From Planctomycetota bacterium (GTDB lineage Bacteria; Planctomycetota; PLA2), in the NCBI GenBank assembly GCA_021776735.1, contig JAJFFH010000024.1, positions 87,744 through 151,743 on the forward strand: a stretch of DNA of 64,000 bases, in the 5' to 3' direction. Positions 10,683-19,233 of this stretch are shown here, piece by piece; the first letter of the stretch is position 1, and each line of letters opens with the position of its first letter. Below the pieces are notes generated by a model. The model was given only the letters and a program-made list of their open reading frames with translations, was not told the origin of the DNA and ran no database searches. The translations under genes were made by a program, and so were the position numbers.

Positions 10683-11813
10683 TCAGATCGCGGTCCGTTC
10701 CACACGCACGCCGCACTCGGCGAGGCGCGTCAGGTACGACTCTCCGAAACCGCAGCGTTCGGGCGGGTGCGCGCCCGGCGGCAGCTCTCTTTGCGCCAGC
10801 ATGCGCGCGACCACCGTGGTCGGGTAGCCGGTGGTCTGTTCCATGGCCGTGAACCCGGTCTCTTCGTCGAAGTGCTGGAGCATCTGAAACCGTACACCCT
10901 TGCCGGCGGCGTCGGTGACTTCGACCTGCAGTAGCGCCAGGTCGCGAACGTTCGGCACGACGAGCCGCGGCGCGACGATCGCGTGAAACGCATCGCGCGG
11001 CACGAGGTCGGCGGAGCCGAACCAGATCGGCGCCTGGTCGAGCAGTCCGAGATCGATCATCGCGCGCACGCGGTCGAAGTGGCCGCGGTAACGGATCGTC
11101 TTGTAGTCGTAGGTTTGAAGACGCCCGCGAAACGTCCGCGGTGCCGTGCTCGTGCCGCCCGAGGTCAAGAACGCCTCCAGCTCGCCGAGTTCGGGCGGGC
11201 CGTCGAACGGCTCGCACTCGGTGAACGCCTCGCGGGCCTCGAGTTCGCCGTCGCGGATCATTTCCGCGTCTCCGGTGTACTCGTTGGTCAGTCCTTCGAT
11301 CGAAAACAGCAGCGCGTAGCCGAGCGGTCCGGTCTTGTCGATCGGCAGGCCGCCGCAGCGAATCCGCACATCACGCGCGCCCGAAACCTGATCGACCCCG
11401 ATGCTCGCGAGGATGTTTCCGAGCCCGGGCGCGAGACCGCAATCCGGCACGATCGCAACCCCGGCCTCTTTCGCCGCGCCATCCAGCGCCAGCTCCTCCT
11501 CGACCACCGCGGTATTGCCGCCGAGATCGCAAAACGACGCCTGCGCCTCCACCGCCGCCCGCGCCAGCGCGGCGTTGAACCGGTACGGCACCGCACTGAC
11601 CACGACATCGCTTCCCCGCATCAGCGCCACAGGATCGTCCTCCACCGAAGCATGGACAGCACGACACGTCGCACCAAGACCGGCCAATCGCTCAACACCG
11701 GCCCGCAGCCGGGCGTCGTCCGCATCCACGAGGGAAACGTCCCCGCCATGGCGTGCGAGATCGTAAGCAATCGCAAGCCCTTGCCGCCCGGCCCCCAGCA
11801 CGATGTACCGCAT
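10683..11813 (-). CDS. saccharopine dehydrogenase-family NAD(P)-binding protein (LYS1/LYS9-like)
   Basis: N-terminal Rossmann MRYIVLGAGRQGLAIAYDL and saccharopine-DH-like core. The upstream in-frame ATG at 11855 would read through the dispersed motif (MRQRTDGD...). Confidence 0.8.
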   Translation of the reverse strand: MRYIVLGAGRQGLAIAYDLARHGGDVSLVDADDARLRAGVERLAGLGATCRAVHASVEDDPVALMRGSDVVVSAVPYRFNAALARAAVEAQASFCDLGGNTAVVEEELALDGAAKEAGVAIVPDCGLAPGLGNILASIGVDQVSGARDVRIRCGGLPIDKTGPLGYALLFSIEGLTNEYTGDAEMIRDGELEAREAFTECEPFDGPPELGELEAFLTSGGTSTAPRTFRGRLQTYDYKTIRYRGHFDRVRAMIDLGLLDQAPIWFGSADLVPRDAFHAIVAPRLVVPNVRDLALLQVEVTDAAGKGVRFQMLQHFDEETGFTAMEQTTGYPTTVVARMLAQRELPPGAHPPERCGFGESYLTRLAECGVRVERTAI

Positions 11814-11830
11814 GCGAGAGAGGTTACGAA

Positions 11831-11850
11831 AATCGCCGTCCGTACGCTGC
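11831..11850 (+). repeat. copy of the dispersed motif (AATCGCCGTCCGTACGCTGC; core at 11832-11843; GCGTAC-flank subfamily)
   Basis: Exact 12-mer in the divergent region between the saccharopine DH start and the Sel1 gene start (11883). Confidence 0.8.
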
Positions 11851-11882
11851 CTCATCCCCGGAACCGATGAACAAGACTAGCC

Positions 11883-12737
11883 ATGAAACACCTGACACTT
11901 CTCGCCGTTCTCGGCTGCCTCGCGACCGCACGTGCCGACGACAAGGAAGAGCCTCCCAAGAAACGGCCCCCCGAGAAACTAGCCGACAAGACCGGGATCG
12001 AAACGATCCAGATCGCGCCCGGGATCACGTTCACGATCGACTGGAGCAAGCCGGACAACGTCAACGTCCTCGGCGGGCTCTACGCGAAGCAGGACAACTA
12101 CAAAAAGGCGATCGAACTGTTCTTGAAAGCCGGGCGTGCGGGTTGTGCCGACGCGTGGGCGAACCTCGGCGACTGTTGCGAGCGGGGCAACGGGATGAAG
12201 CAGGACGACAAGAAAGCGCTCGCGCTGTACCGCAAGGCGGCGGACGCGGGCAGCGCGTTCGGCATGCACAAGACGGGCACGATCCACTACCAGGGGCGCG
12301 GCGTGCCCCGGGACTACAAGAAATCGCTGGAGTGGTTTCGCAAGGCGGCGAACAAGAAATACGCGCGCGCGATGTTGCAGATCGGCTTCATGTACAAGGC
12401 CGGCCACGGCGTCGACAAGGACCTGAAGCAGGCCGACGCGTGGTACCGCAAGGCGGCCGGGCACGGCAACCGCGACGCGATGTACAACCTGGGCAACGCC
12501 GCCCACCGCAACAAGGACAAGGCCGCCGCGGTGCAGTGGTGGGACAAGGCCGCCCAGGAAGGCCACCCCGAAGCCGCGTTCAACCTCGGCGTATGGCACT
12601 ACCAGGGCAAACTGAGCAAGGATGGCAAGCCGAACCAGAAAAAAGCGATCGAGTACTGGAAGATCGCCGCCCAAAACGGCCACGAGAAAGCACAGTCGGT
12701 CCTGAAGGATTCAGGCATCCCCTGGAAAAAAAAGTAG
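11883..12737 (+). CDS. Sel1-repeat (TPR-like, HcpA-like) secreted protein
   Basis: Signal peptide MKHLTLLAVLGCLATARA. Multiple ~36-aa Sel1 repeats (...A..WYRKAA..G...A...LG..Y..G.GV..D). Confidence 0.85.
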   Translation: MKHLTLLAVLGCLATARADDKEEPPKKRPPEKLADKTGIETIQIAPGITFTIDWSKPDNVNVLGGLYAKQDNYKKAIELFLKAGRAGCADAWANLGDCCERGNGMKQDDKKALALYRKAADAGSAFGMHKTGTIHYQGRGVPRDYKKSLEWFRKAANKKYARAMLQIGFMYKAGHGVDKDLKQADAWYRKAAGHGNRDAMYNLGNAAHRNKDKAAAVQWWDKAAQEGHPEAAFNLGVWHYQGKLSKDGKPNQKKAIEYWKIAAQNGHEKAQSVLKDSGIPWKKK

Positions 12738-12760
12738 ACCGCCGTCCGAATCCCGAAGGG

Positions 12761-12780
12761 AGCAAACGGACGGCGATGTT
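12761..12780 (+). repeat. copy of the dispersed motif (AGCAAACGGACGGCGATGTT; core at 12766-12777)
   Basis: Exact 12-mer with the GCAAAC flank, between the convergent 3-prime ends of the Sel1 gene and the 12802..13635 gene. Flanked by short complementary runs (CCCGAA ... TTCGGG). Confidence 0.8.
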
Positions 12781-12801
12781 TTCGGGGCGGTTTGTGCTGG
12801 G

Positions 12802-13635
12802 TTAGTCGAGCTTGGCTTGGGCGACGACGACCAGCGTGCGGGCGCCTTCTTTTTTCAGACGCCAAGCTATTTTGCCGCCGTTCGGGAGGGTCATCGTGCG
12901 GCGGAACCTTCGGGTTTGCATTTTCGGGATCTGGATCTTCGTGTTCGGGAGGTGGCCGTTCACGACCTCGATCGGGTATTGCGCGCCCTCGTGCCGCCCT
13001 TGAAGCTCCAGCGTGATGAAGCGGCGGTCGCTCGACACGATCGGACGACAGCGCACGACGCCGTGCTCGCGGTATGTCTTGATGACCGGGTCCGTGATCG
13101 TCTTGTTCTCGTGCACCTCGACATCGAACTCGGCGAGAAACGCCACGCCGACGTCGATGGTCCCTCGCGCCGGGAGGCCGTCGGGCGCGGTGATCTGGTG
13201 GCGAAACAGGCGTTCGTCCGCGCGCTCCCAGACGGCGAACTCGGCGGCAGTCTCAGGTAGCTTGCTCGCCCGCTTGTGCGGCACCGAGTAGACCGACAGG
13301 GTGACCGTGATCGACGCGTCGCTGTGCCGCATGGCCGCAAACATGCGATCGATGCGGTCAGCCTCGGCCCCTTTCGCCTTGGCGCGGCGCTCCACGAGTT
13401 CGACCAACCACGCACCGGGATCGTGCGCCCTGCGGGTCATCTCGCGCAACACGCGCCGCCCATACGCGTCGCCGTGCCGCGACACGATGGCGAGCCCGCG
13501 GCCTCGCGCCGCCTTGCGGGGAGAAAGCAGCAGCGCCACGACTTCCTCGGGTTGGGGAACGGACGGAGACTCTTCCGCCCGAACGGAAAGCAAAGGGCAC
13601 AACGAAAGGAGACAAGAAAGCGTGACGCCGCGCAT
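12802..13635 (-). CDS. hypothetical secreted protein
   Basis: Start at MRGVTLSCLLSLCPLLSVRA (signal peptide). 277 aa, no recognised domain. Confidence 0.5.
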   Translation of the reverse strand: MRGVTLSCLLSLCPLLSVRAEESPSVPQPEEVVALLLSPRKAARGRGLAIVSRHGDAYGRRVLREMTRRAHDPGAWLVELVERRAKAKGAEADRIDRMFAAMRHSDASITVTLSVYSVPHKRASKLPETAAEFAVWERADERLFRHQITAPDGLPARGTIDVGVAFLAEFDVEVHENKTITDPVIKTYREHGVVRCRPIVSSDRRFITLELQGRHEGAQYPIEVVNGHLPNTKIQIPKMQTRRFRRTMTLPNGGKIAWRLKKEGARTLVVVAQAKLD

Positions 13636-13760
13636 GCGTGCACGATGCGTGCGGCGTGTCACGCCGCGCTCATCGTCGTGTCAAAAACGACGGTTGGGTT
13701 TGGAACAACTACGAAAACCTGCAAACGAGGCGCTCGCGCGTCGGGGCTACGTCGATACAA

Positions 13761-13780
13761 AGCATCGCCGTCCGTACGCT
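13761..13780 (+). repeat. copy of the dispersed motif (AGCATCGCCGTCCGTACGCT; core at 13764-13775)
   Basis: Exact 12-mer, GCGTAC-flank subfamily. About 130 bp upstream of the 12802..13635 gene start. Flanked by AAAGC ... GCTTT. Confidence 0.8.
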
Positions 13781-14005
13781 TTCGGAGCGAGGTTCGTCCC
13801 CTCCCAAAGAAACGGCCGGGGAGCGGCGCCGCGTCCAGCTGCAAGCACGCAGGCGCGGTTCGGACGAGCCCAGGACCGTTCGCACCGGGTAGCTCGTCCC
13901 CCGCCAACAAAAGTCTGCCATGCGGGTTTTTGGATGGAGGAAACCGCGGCACCCCTACCGCGTCATCGGTTTCTTGGGGCCGCCGCGGTCCTCCGTAGTT
14001 GTTGA

Positions 14006-15493
14006 TCAGCGGGTGGTGCGCTTCACTGTGGGGACGCGCAGGGCGTTGGTCAGGGTTTGGCCGCCGCGGCGCCAGCGGATCGACAGGGAGCCCTTGGCTC
14101 CGGCGAGGGCGGCGCGGAGTTCTTCCAGGTTGGCGATGTTGCCGTCGCCGCCCCAAAAGATCAGGTCGCCGCGGCGCAGGCCTGCGCGGTGCGCCGCGCT
14201 GCTCTTGCGCACCTGTTGGACGAGCACGCCGGTCGTGTCCGCATCGAGCCCAAAGAAGGTACGGAACTGGTCGCTCAGATCGACGCAGGTCAGGCCGAAG
14301 TTCGATTCGTTCACCAGCTCGCGGCGCGCTTCGGTGAGGTCGCCCAAGGTGACTTCGACATCGCGGGTGTCGTCGCCGCGACGCACACGCAGGGTCAGCT
14401 TGTCGCCGGGTGCGCGCATCGCGAGGGCCCGCGACAACATCGCGCTGCTCTGACACCGCACGCCGTTGGCGGACAAGACCTTCTGGCCCTTTTGCAGGCC
14501 CGCGGTCTGCGCCGGTGACTTGTCCAGTACCGCGGTGATCTCGACGCCCTTCTCCCCCACCGTCTCGCCCAGCACGACACCCAGATAACTGTGGCGCACG
14601 CGGCCGTGCTCTTTCAGATCGGCGACGACCCGCGCAATGACCGGTCCGGGGACATAGGCGTTACGGGCGTGCGGCGAGGCCCTGCCGCGACGTCCGACGA
14701 CGCGCCCGGTTGCGGCGTTCAGGTATTGGGTGTTGGCGACGGCCACCAGGGTGTGCCGCTGGCTCGTGACTCCGAGGTTGAGATCGGTCTGCGTGTTCGC
14801 TCCGGCGTGACACTGCCCGCACGACATCGCCGATGCGACCTTGAGGCCGCCACCGATACCGAGCAGCTTGCCGCCCGCGCCGATGAGCGCACCGCCGAGC
14901 TGCCCTTCGCCGCCGTACAACCAGCCGAGAACCGGGTCTGCACCTTGCACGAGCGCCAACCCGAGTGAACCGCGCGCGTGCACCGCCAGCGTACCGGTCG
15001 CAAGATCGTTCCAGTCCCGCGCGGGCTCTAGTCCCGTCAGCTTCGCAGCGGTGTCTTTGGGCAACGCAAAAACAGCCACGCCCAACTCGGCGTCGCCGCC
15101 CACGCGCTCCGCGCCCATCTCGCTGCCGTCGGGCAGGATCACCTGCAGTTTCTTCGCGCTGGCGGCCACGGCGTGGGGCACGACGACGACCGGCGGGTTC
15201 CCCACAAGCACCCCCGTACCCGCCACGCGCTTGCTCCGTCGCGTGAGTTGACTTCCGCGGACGACGAATTCGTACACCCCCGCCCTGTTCTTGGTGGCGC
15301 GATGGCCCGGCCACGTCACGAGCCCGGTGTGCGGATCCCTGGTCGCGGCAACGTGCACTTCGACGGTCGCGGCGCGAGCCTGCACGGCCAGCTTGCGGGT
15401 TTCGTTTTGCAGACGCTGCAGCAGCGAGTCCTCGCCGACGGTCAGCGCCGTCACGCCCAGCAGCGCGCAGGTGATCAGTAGTTTTTGTTTCAT
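14006..15493 (-). CDS. HtrA/DegP-like periplasmic protein: S1C trypsin-fold domain plus two PDZ domains; catalytic serine apparently absent
   Basis: Signal peptide MKQKLLITCALLGVTALTVG. His (VVPHAV) and Asp (DAELGVAVFAL) regions present. The position of the GNSGG serine motif reads GEGQLGGALIGAGGKLLGI. Two PDZ-like segments (YLGVVLGE...GLQKGQKVLSANG; FGLTCVDLS...GLRRGDLIF). Confidence 0.7.
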   Translation of the reverse strand: MKQKLLITCALLGVTALTVGEDSLLQRLQNETRKLAVQARAATVEVHVAATRDPHTGLVTWPGHRATKNRAGVYEFVVRGSQLTRRSKRVAGTGVLVGNPPVVVVPHAVAASAKKLQVILPDGSEMGAERVGGDAELGVAVFALPKDTAAKLTGLEPARDWNDLATGTLAVHARGSLGLALVQGADPVLGWLYGGEGQLGGALIGAGGKLLGIGGGLKVASAMSCGQCHAGANTQTDLNLGVTSQRHTLVAVANTQYLNAATGRVVGRRGRASPHARNAYVPGPVIARVVADLKEHGRVRHSYLGVVLGETVGEKGVEITAVLDKSPAQTAGLQKGQKVLSANGVRCQSSAMLSRALAMRAPGDKLTLRVRRGDDTRDVEVTLGDLTEARRELVNESNFGLTCVDLSDQFRTFFGLDADTTGVLVQQVRKSSAAHRAGLRRGDLIFWGGDGNIANLEELRAALAGAKGSLSIRWRRGGQTLTNALRVPTVKRTTR

Positions 15494-15541
15494 CTCTTGC
15501 TCCTTCTCTCGGTCCTGAATGGCTCTCGGTCCCGATGGTTC

Positions 15542-15959
15542 TCAGCGGAGGCGGCGGTTGACGACAAAGCGCACCGCCGGCTGGGTCGGTTGGTCCATCT
15601 TCATGACCCGCGGCGGCCGCGCGGACGGGGCGCCTGCTTTTTCGCCTGAAATGGGTGCACGGTCGGTGGGCGAACGCGCGAGCAACGTGGACAGGACGCC
15701 CGCCACGAACACGGCGGCGTAGCGCATGATGCGCCGCCACGGCCGGTCGTGAAACTTGGCCAGGATGCGCCGCGGCTGATCCTCGGTCGGCGGCGCAACG
15801 GCGTAGGGCCTGAAGAGCAGCGCTCGCACGCGGGCGACCTCGGCGAACACCTGCGGGTGCTCAGCGATCGCCTGTTCCGCCGCGCGCGCCTCGTCGGCCT
15901 CGAGCAACTCGTCGAGGTAGTCAGCCATGAGGGTCTTGAGTTCGTCGCCGTGCTTCATG
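15542..15959 (-). CDS. anti-sigma factor (zinc-finger/RseA-like N-terminal domain, one TM segment)
   Basis: 139 aa directly downstream of the ECF sigma gene (start 2 nt after its stop). N-terminus MKHGDELKTLMADYLDELLEADEARAAEQAIAEHP and a central TM MRYAAVFVAGVLSTLLA. Confidence 0.65.
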
Positions 15960-15960
15960 G

Positions 15961-16512
15961 TTACTGCTCGCTCTCGATCACGGGCCTCAGCCGGTGCGCG
16001 AGAATCTCGCGCGCGTGCCGAAACCGCTGTTTCGCCGTGCGTTCCGAGACATCGAGCGCCTCGGCCACCTTGGCGTAGGTCAGTTCGTGGTGTGCGCGCA
16101 ACAAAAACGTCGCGCGCAAGTCCGGCGGCAGCCGCTCCACCTCGGCGCGCACGCGCGTGTCGAGGTCGCGGGCCGCCACCGCGTCGACTGCATCGCCGTC
16201 CGTCAGCTCCCCGTCGAGGCGTTCGACAGGACGACGCCGGCGCAACCGATCCCGAAACAGATTCGTCGCCACGCGAAAAAGCCACGCTCCCAGGGTTCCG
16301 TTGTGAACGTGGAGCCGGTGTTGGTGACGCAGAAAACGTACGAAGGTCTCTTGGCAAAGTTCGTCCGCTGCCCACGGATCGCCGGTCAGGCGGGCCAGGT
16401 AGCCGTGGATTTTTCGTCCATACTCCTGGTAGATCGCTTCGAATCCGTCCGCCATGCACCCCGTAAGACGCGGGGGACGCGTGATTCGGGAAGGGAATCC
16501 CGGCGGATTCAT
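15961..16512 (-). CDS. RNA polymerase ECF-type sigma factor (sigma-70 family, regions 2 and 4)
   Basis: FEAIYQEYGRKIHGYLARLTGD...DELCQETFVRFLRHQ (region 2) and LTYAKVAEALDVSERTAKQRFRHAREIL (region 4 HTH). The start at 16512 gives an ATGA overlap with the upstream gene; alternative start MADGF at 16455. Confidence 0.85.
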   Translation of the reverse strand: MNPPGFPSRITRPPRLTGCMADGFEAIYQEYGRKIHGYLARLTGDPWAADELCQETFVRFLRHQHRLHVHNGTLGAWLFRVATNLFRDRLRRRRPVERLDGELTDGDAVDAVAARDLDTRVRAEVERLPPDLRATFLLRAHHELTYAKVAEALDVSERTAKQRFRHAREILAHRLRPVIESEQ

Positions 16513-17069
16513 GTGAGCAGAAACAAGACGAGGGCGGTCCCGATCGGGATGCTCAGGTTGTCCGCTTTCGCCCCGCTCAGCGCCTCAAGGCCCGCCGCAG
16601 CCGCACCGCCCGCCACGGCGACGGGCCACGGGAAGAAAAAGAGCGCCCCCCCGGTGGCCGCCACGAAGCAGGCGAGGGTGCCTGCGACCGAGACCTTTCC
16701 GCGGCGCGGCGACCGGACGGAGCCGCCGACGATCGCAGCGGACGGGTCGCCCAGGGCCAAGGCGAGAATACCGCCGCACGCCGGCGCTGCGGGAAACAGG
16801 GCGACCGCGGCGGCGCACCCGGCAAAGTACAGGGTCGAACTGTTCCACCCGTGCATGTCCTTTTTGTCGAGGATGGCGCGAAACCACTTGCCGAACCAGG
16901 CCTGGACTTCGGGCGACCGGGCGCGGAGGAGGTCCAAGGCGCCCCAGGCGACGACAATGCCCGCCAGAATGCCCGCGGCGACGGGCCGGGAGAGCGGTAC
17001 GAGGCGGTAGACCAGGACGATCACGACGCCGGTCGCGTGGAAGAGCTTGCGGGAGTAGTGGACGGCCAT
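16509..17069 (-). CDS. polytopic membrane protein, CTP-dependent transferase/dolichol-kinase-like family
   Basis: 186 aa, about 5 TM segments, N-terminus MAVHYSRKLFHATGVVIVLVY typical of the phosphatidate cytidylyltransferase/dolichol kinase superfamily. The assignment is tentative. Confidence 0.45.
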   Translation of the reverse strand: MAVHYSRKLFHATGVVIVLVYRLVPLSRPVAAGILAGIVVAWGALDLLRARSPEVQAWFGKWFRAILDKKDMHGWNSSTLYFAGCAAAVALFPAAPACGGILALALGDPSAAIVGGSVRSPRRGKVSVAGTLACFVAATGGALFFFPWPVAVAGGAAAAGLEALSGAKADNLSIPIGTALVLFLLT

Positions 17070-17271
17070 ACGGGCGGTTTCGTGGCACGCTGTGGTGCGT
17101 TGGGTACAGATCCATACACGAGCGGCGAGGCGAGGGCGGTCGCAAACCCATGCGGCGGCGGTATTTACAGATTTTTTGCGGAATTTGCGGCGTAGGACCG
17201 GTGTTTGCTACGTCTATACATATGTGTGGGGCCCGGACGGGTCGAGCCGACAAAAGCAAAGAAGAAGTCCG

Positions 17272-17640
17272 ATGCCGAACCAGACGAAGAACCCCCAAAA
17301 CCGTACCCGGAACGGAAAGACGACACGCGAATCGTCCGAACAGGGCGAACTGCGTGTCCTGCGCCGTGGCACCACCGCGGTCCGCCAAGCGACCCTTCGA
17401 AAGGCCGAACCCCGGATGCACCCCATCACGTTTTGCGTGAGCTGCCAAGAGGCGATTCCCGCCAAGGCCATCACGTGCTTTCGCTGTAACGCGAAGCAGC
17501 CTCACGGCGAAGACGCCGTCCAGGTCGTCTTCTGCGACAAGTGCGAGAAGGACTATCCGGCCCGCGCGCTGTCGTGCCACCACTGCGGCCACCTGAACGC
17601 ACGCCACCCGTTGGTCCGCGGCGGCAGCATTGCCAGCTAG
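17272..17640 (+). CDS. double zinc-ribbon domain protein
   Basis: 122 aa with CxxC...CxxC...CxxC...CxxC spacing (FCVSCQE...CFRCNAKQ...FCDKCEKD...CHHCGHLN). Confidence 0.55.
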   Translation: MPNQTKNPQNRTRNGKTTRESSEQGELRVLRRGTTAVRQATLRKAEPRMHPITFCVSCQEAIPAKAITCFRCNAKQPHGEDAVQVVFCDKCEKDYPARALSCHHCGHLNARHPLVRGGSIAS

Positions 17641-17725
17641 CGGTCGCGGCCTCCGGGAACGTTCGCGCGTGTTCGGCATCGCGCGTGCCCGTGCTTCGGC
17701 GCGTCGAACCCCTTCTGAGGCAGTC

Positions 17726-17744
17726 GACGGACGGCGATGTTTGC
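17726..17744 (+). repeat. copy of the dispersed motif (GACGGACGGCGATGTTTGC; core at 17727-17738)
   Basis: Exact 12-mer at the left edge of a 760-bp ORF-free region. Confidence 0.8.
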
Positions 17745-18403
17745 TCGCTTCGGGGGGGATCCCCACATTTGAGCTGCGGGATTTCGCGCCTGCGCGAGGC
17801 CGAGTCCCGACCCCCGCGTCCACGGCTTCAACAAGCCCGGAAAAATAAGTTGTACCCGCCGGCGAGTGCCGCCCCGCCAGCGGATACAGGAGGTAAGGAG
17901 GGTCGAGGGTGTTTCGCTGCCCACCCGGCGTTGCGCCGCGTAGGCATGGGAACGTTATCCCTGGTTTCGCGAGGCGCAAACCAATGGGACCAAAAAGGAC
18001 GAATTGGGACCAAAGGACCGGAGTCGGCGTTAGTCTCGGCCTTAGGGCGGCTCCGTCAGCTCTGCGACAGCCGCTTTTGCGTTCGGAATAGATTACGCCC
18101 GCGGCTCGCTGGCCGATTCTCTGTCGCACCCTCGCGTTAGGCTTTCGTTAGCCTCGAAGATCGAGGCTGATCGCCGTTCCCGTGTTCACCACACGCGGTT
18201 CGAATGCTCAGGGTTCGATCGGCGGGGGCAGAGGCACCCACGCACGACCCATGCGGCGACCGCGGCGCTGGCGCATCCGAGGTGCGCGAGCGCGCACCGC
18301 CCTACCGGTGCAGGCCGGTGCGAGCACGCGGGAGCGAACCACCCCGGTAATGGCAACTGGACCGCCCTGATCGCGGTCGCGCCCACTTCCTACAGCTGCC
18401 AGA

Positions 18404-19153
18404 CTACCGGCCGCGATCTCCACGGGTGCGGTTGCCGCGGAACATGTTCCGTCGGCTCAGGGACTCATCCACGATTGTCTTGGCGTCTGCCGCGGCGACG
18501 AAGCCTTCCAGGTCCTTTTGGGCTTCGGCCTTCAGGCTGTCGAACTCGGTCTGGAACAGGGTCCGCATTTCTTCGCGAGGCATGCTGCGCAAGTCGTTGT
18601 TCTCGCGGATTCTGGTCCAGATCTGGGGAATGCGGCCGCGGGCGCCCAAGAGCGACTTCGCGACCCGGATCTTCTTCTTGGCGCTGAGGGACGCGATCTT
18701 GTTGTCTGCGCTCAGCTTGTCGATGTCCTCGACCACGCGATTGATGCGGTCCTCTTCACGATTGAGTTCGTTGGCCTCCGCGACCTTCTTGCGGAAGGTC
18801 TCCATCGCGGGATCGGCGGCGACCGTGACTTCCGTGCCCTCCGCAGTGGCGTCGGCAGTTTCGGTCCCGCCGCCTTCGACGGCTGTCGGTGCGTCCGACC
18901 CGTCGCCGGAGAACGGGACCATTCCGCCGCCCTCGGCGACGGCGCCCTGTCGGAGCGATGCGAGTTCGGCTTCCATACGACGCTTCCACTGCTCGTTCAT
19001 GCTGCTGTCGTCGTACGCCGGATCGGCGCCGCGTTCGGCCTGGGTCCGGCGGTTGTCCACCTTCGCCTCAAGGTCCGCCTGACCCATCCAGAGATAGGCG
19101 ACGAGCGCGAGGGCGATGACGTTGCTGATGACGAGAATGGGCACAGCCTTCAT
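18404..19153 (-). CDS. membrane-anchored hypothetical protein (single N-terminal TM, acidic/coiled-coil body)
   Basis: 249 aa, MKAVPILVISNVIALALVAYLWMG then a charged helical sequence. Confidence 0.5.
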   Translation of the reverse strand: MKAVPILVISNVIALALVAYLWMGQADLEAKVDNRRTQAERGADPAYDDSSMNEQWKRRMEAELASLRQGAVAEGGGMVPFSGDGSDAPTAVEGGGTETADATAEGTEVTVAADPAMETFRKKVAEANELNREEDRINRVVEDIDKLSADNKIASLSAKKKIRVAKSLLGARGRIPQIWTRIRENNDLRSMPREEMRTLFQTEFDSLKAEAQKDLEGFVAAADAKTIVDESLSRRNMFRGNRTRGDRGR

Positions 19154-19233
19154 GGCACGAACTCCTGCGGAGGGACCGGATCCGCTCTTGTATTAACCTA
19201 CAGGTCCCTCCTGAAGTTCCGCTGAACCCCAAA

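Noticed and set aside
12766-13775. Inverted pair of the dispersed motif about 1 kb apart enclosing the 12802..13635 gene: possible composite transposon
   Set aside because: There is no transposase or target-site duplication and no further similarity beyond the 12-mer. Solo motifs occur at many other gene boundaries, so this is more simply two independent copies at consecutive intergenic sites.
17070-17271. Sigma-70-type promoter in the AT-richer spacer between the divergent 16509..17069 and 17272..17640 genes (TTTACA..., TAAATA on the minus strand)
   Set aside because: No properly spaced -35/-10 pair could be made on either strand. The AT-rich words are suggestive only.
17641-18403. RNase P RNA, tmRNA or SRP RNA in the 760-bp ORF-free region
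   Set aside because: I could not find the universally conserved P4 strands (GGAAAGUCCGG / ACAGAACCCGGCUUA), a tmRNA tRNA-like 3-prime end with CCA, or the SRP domain-IV motif on either strand by eye. It is kept only as a generic ncRNA candidate.
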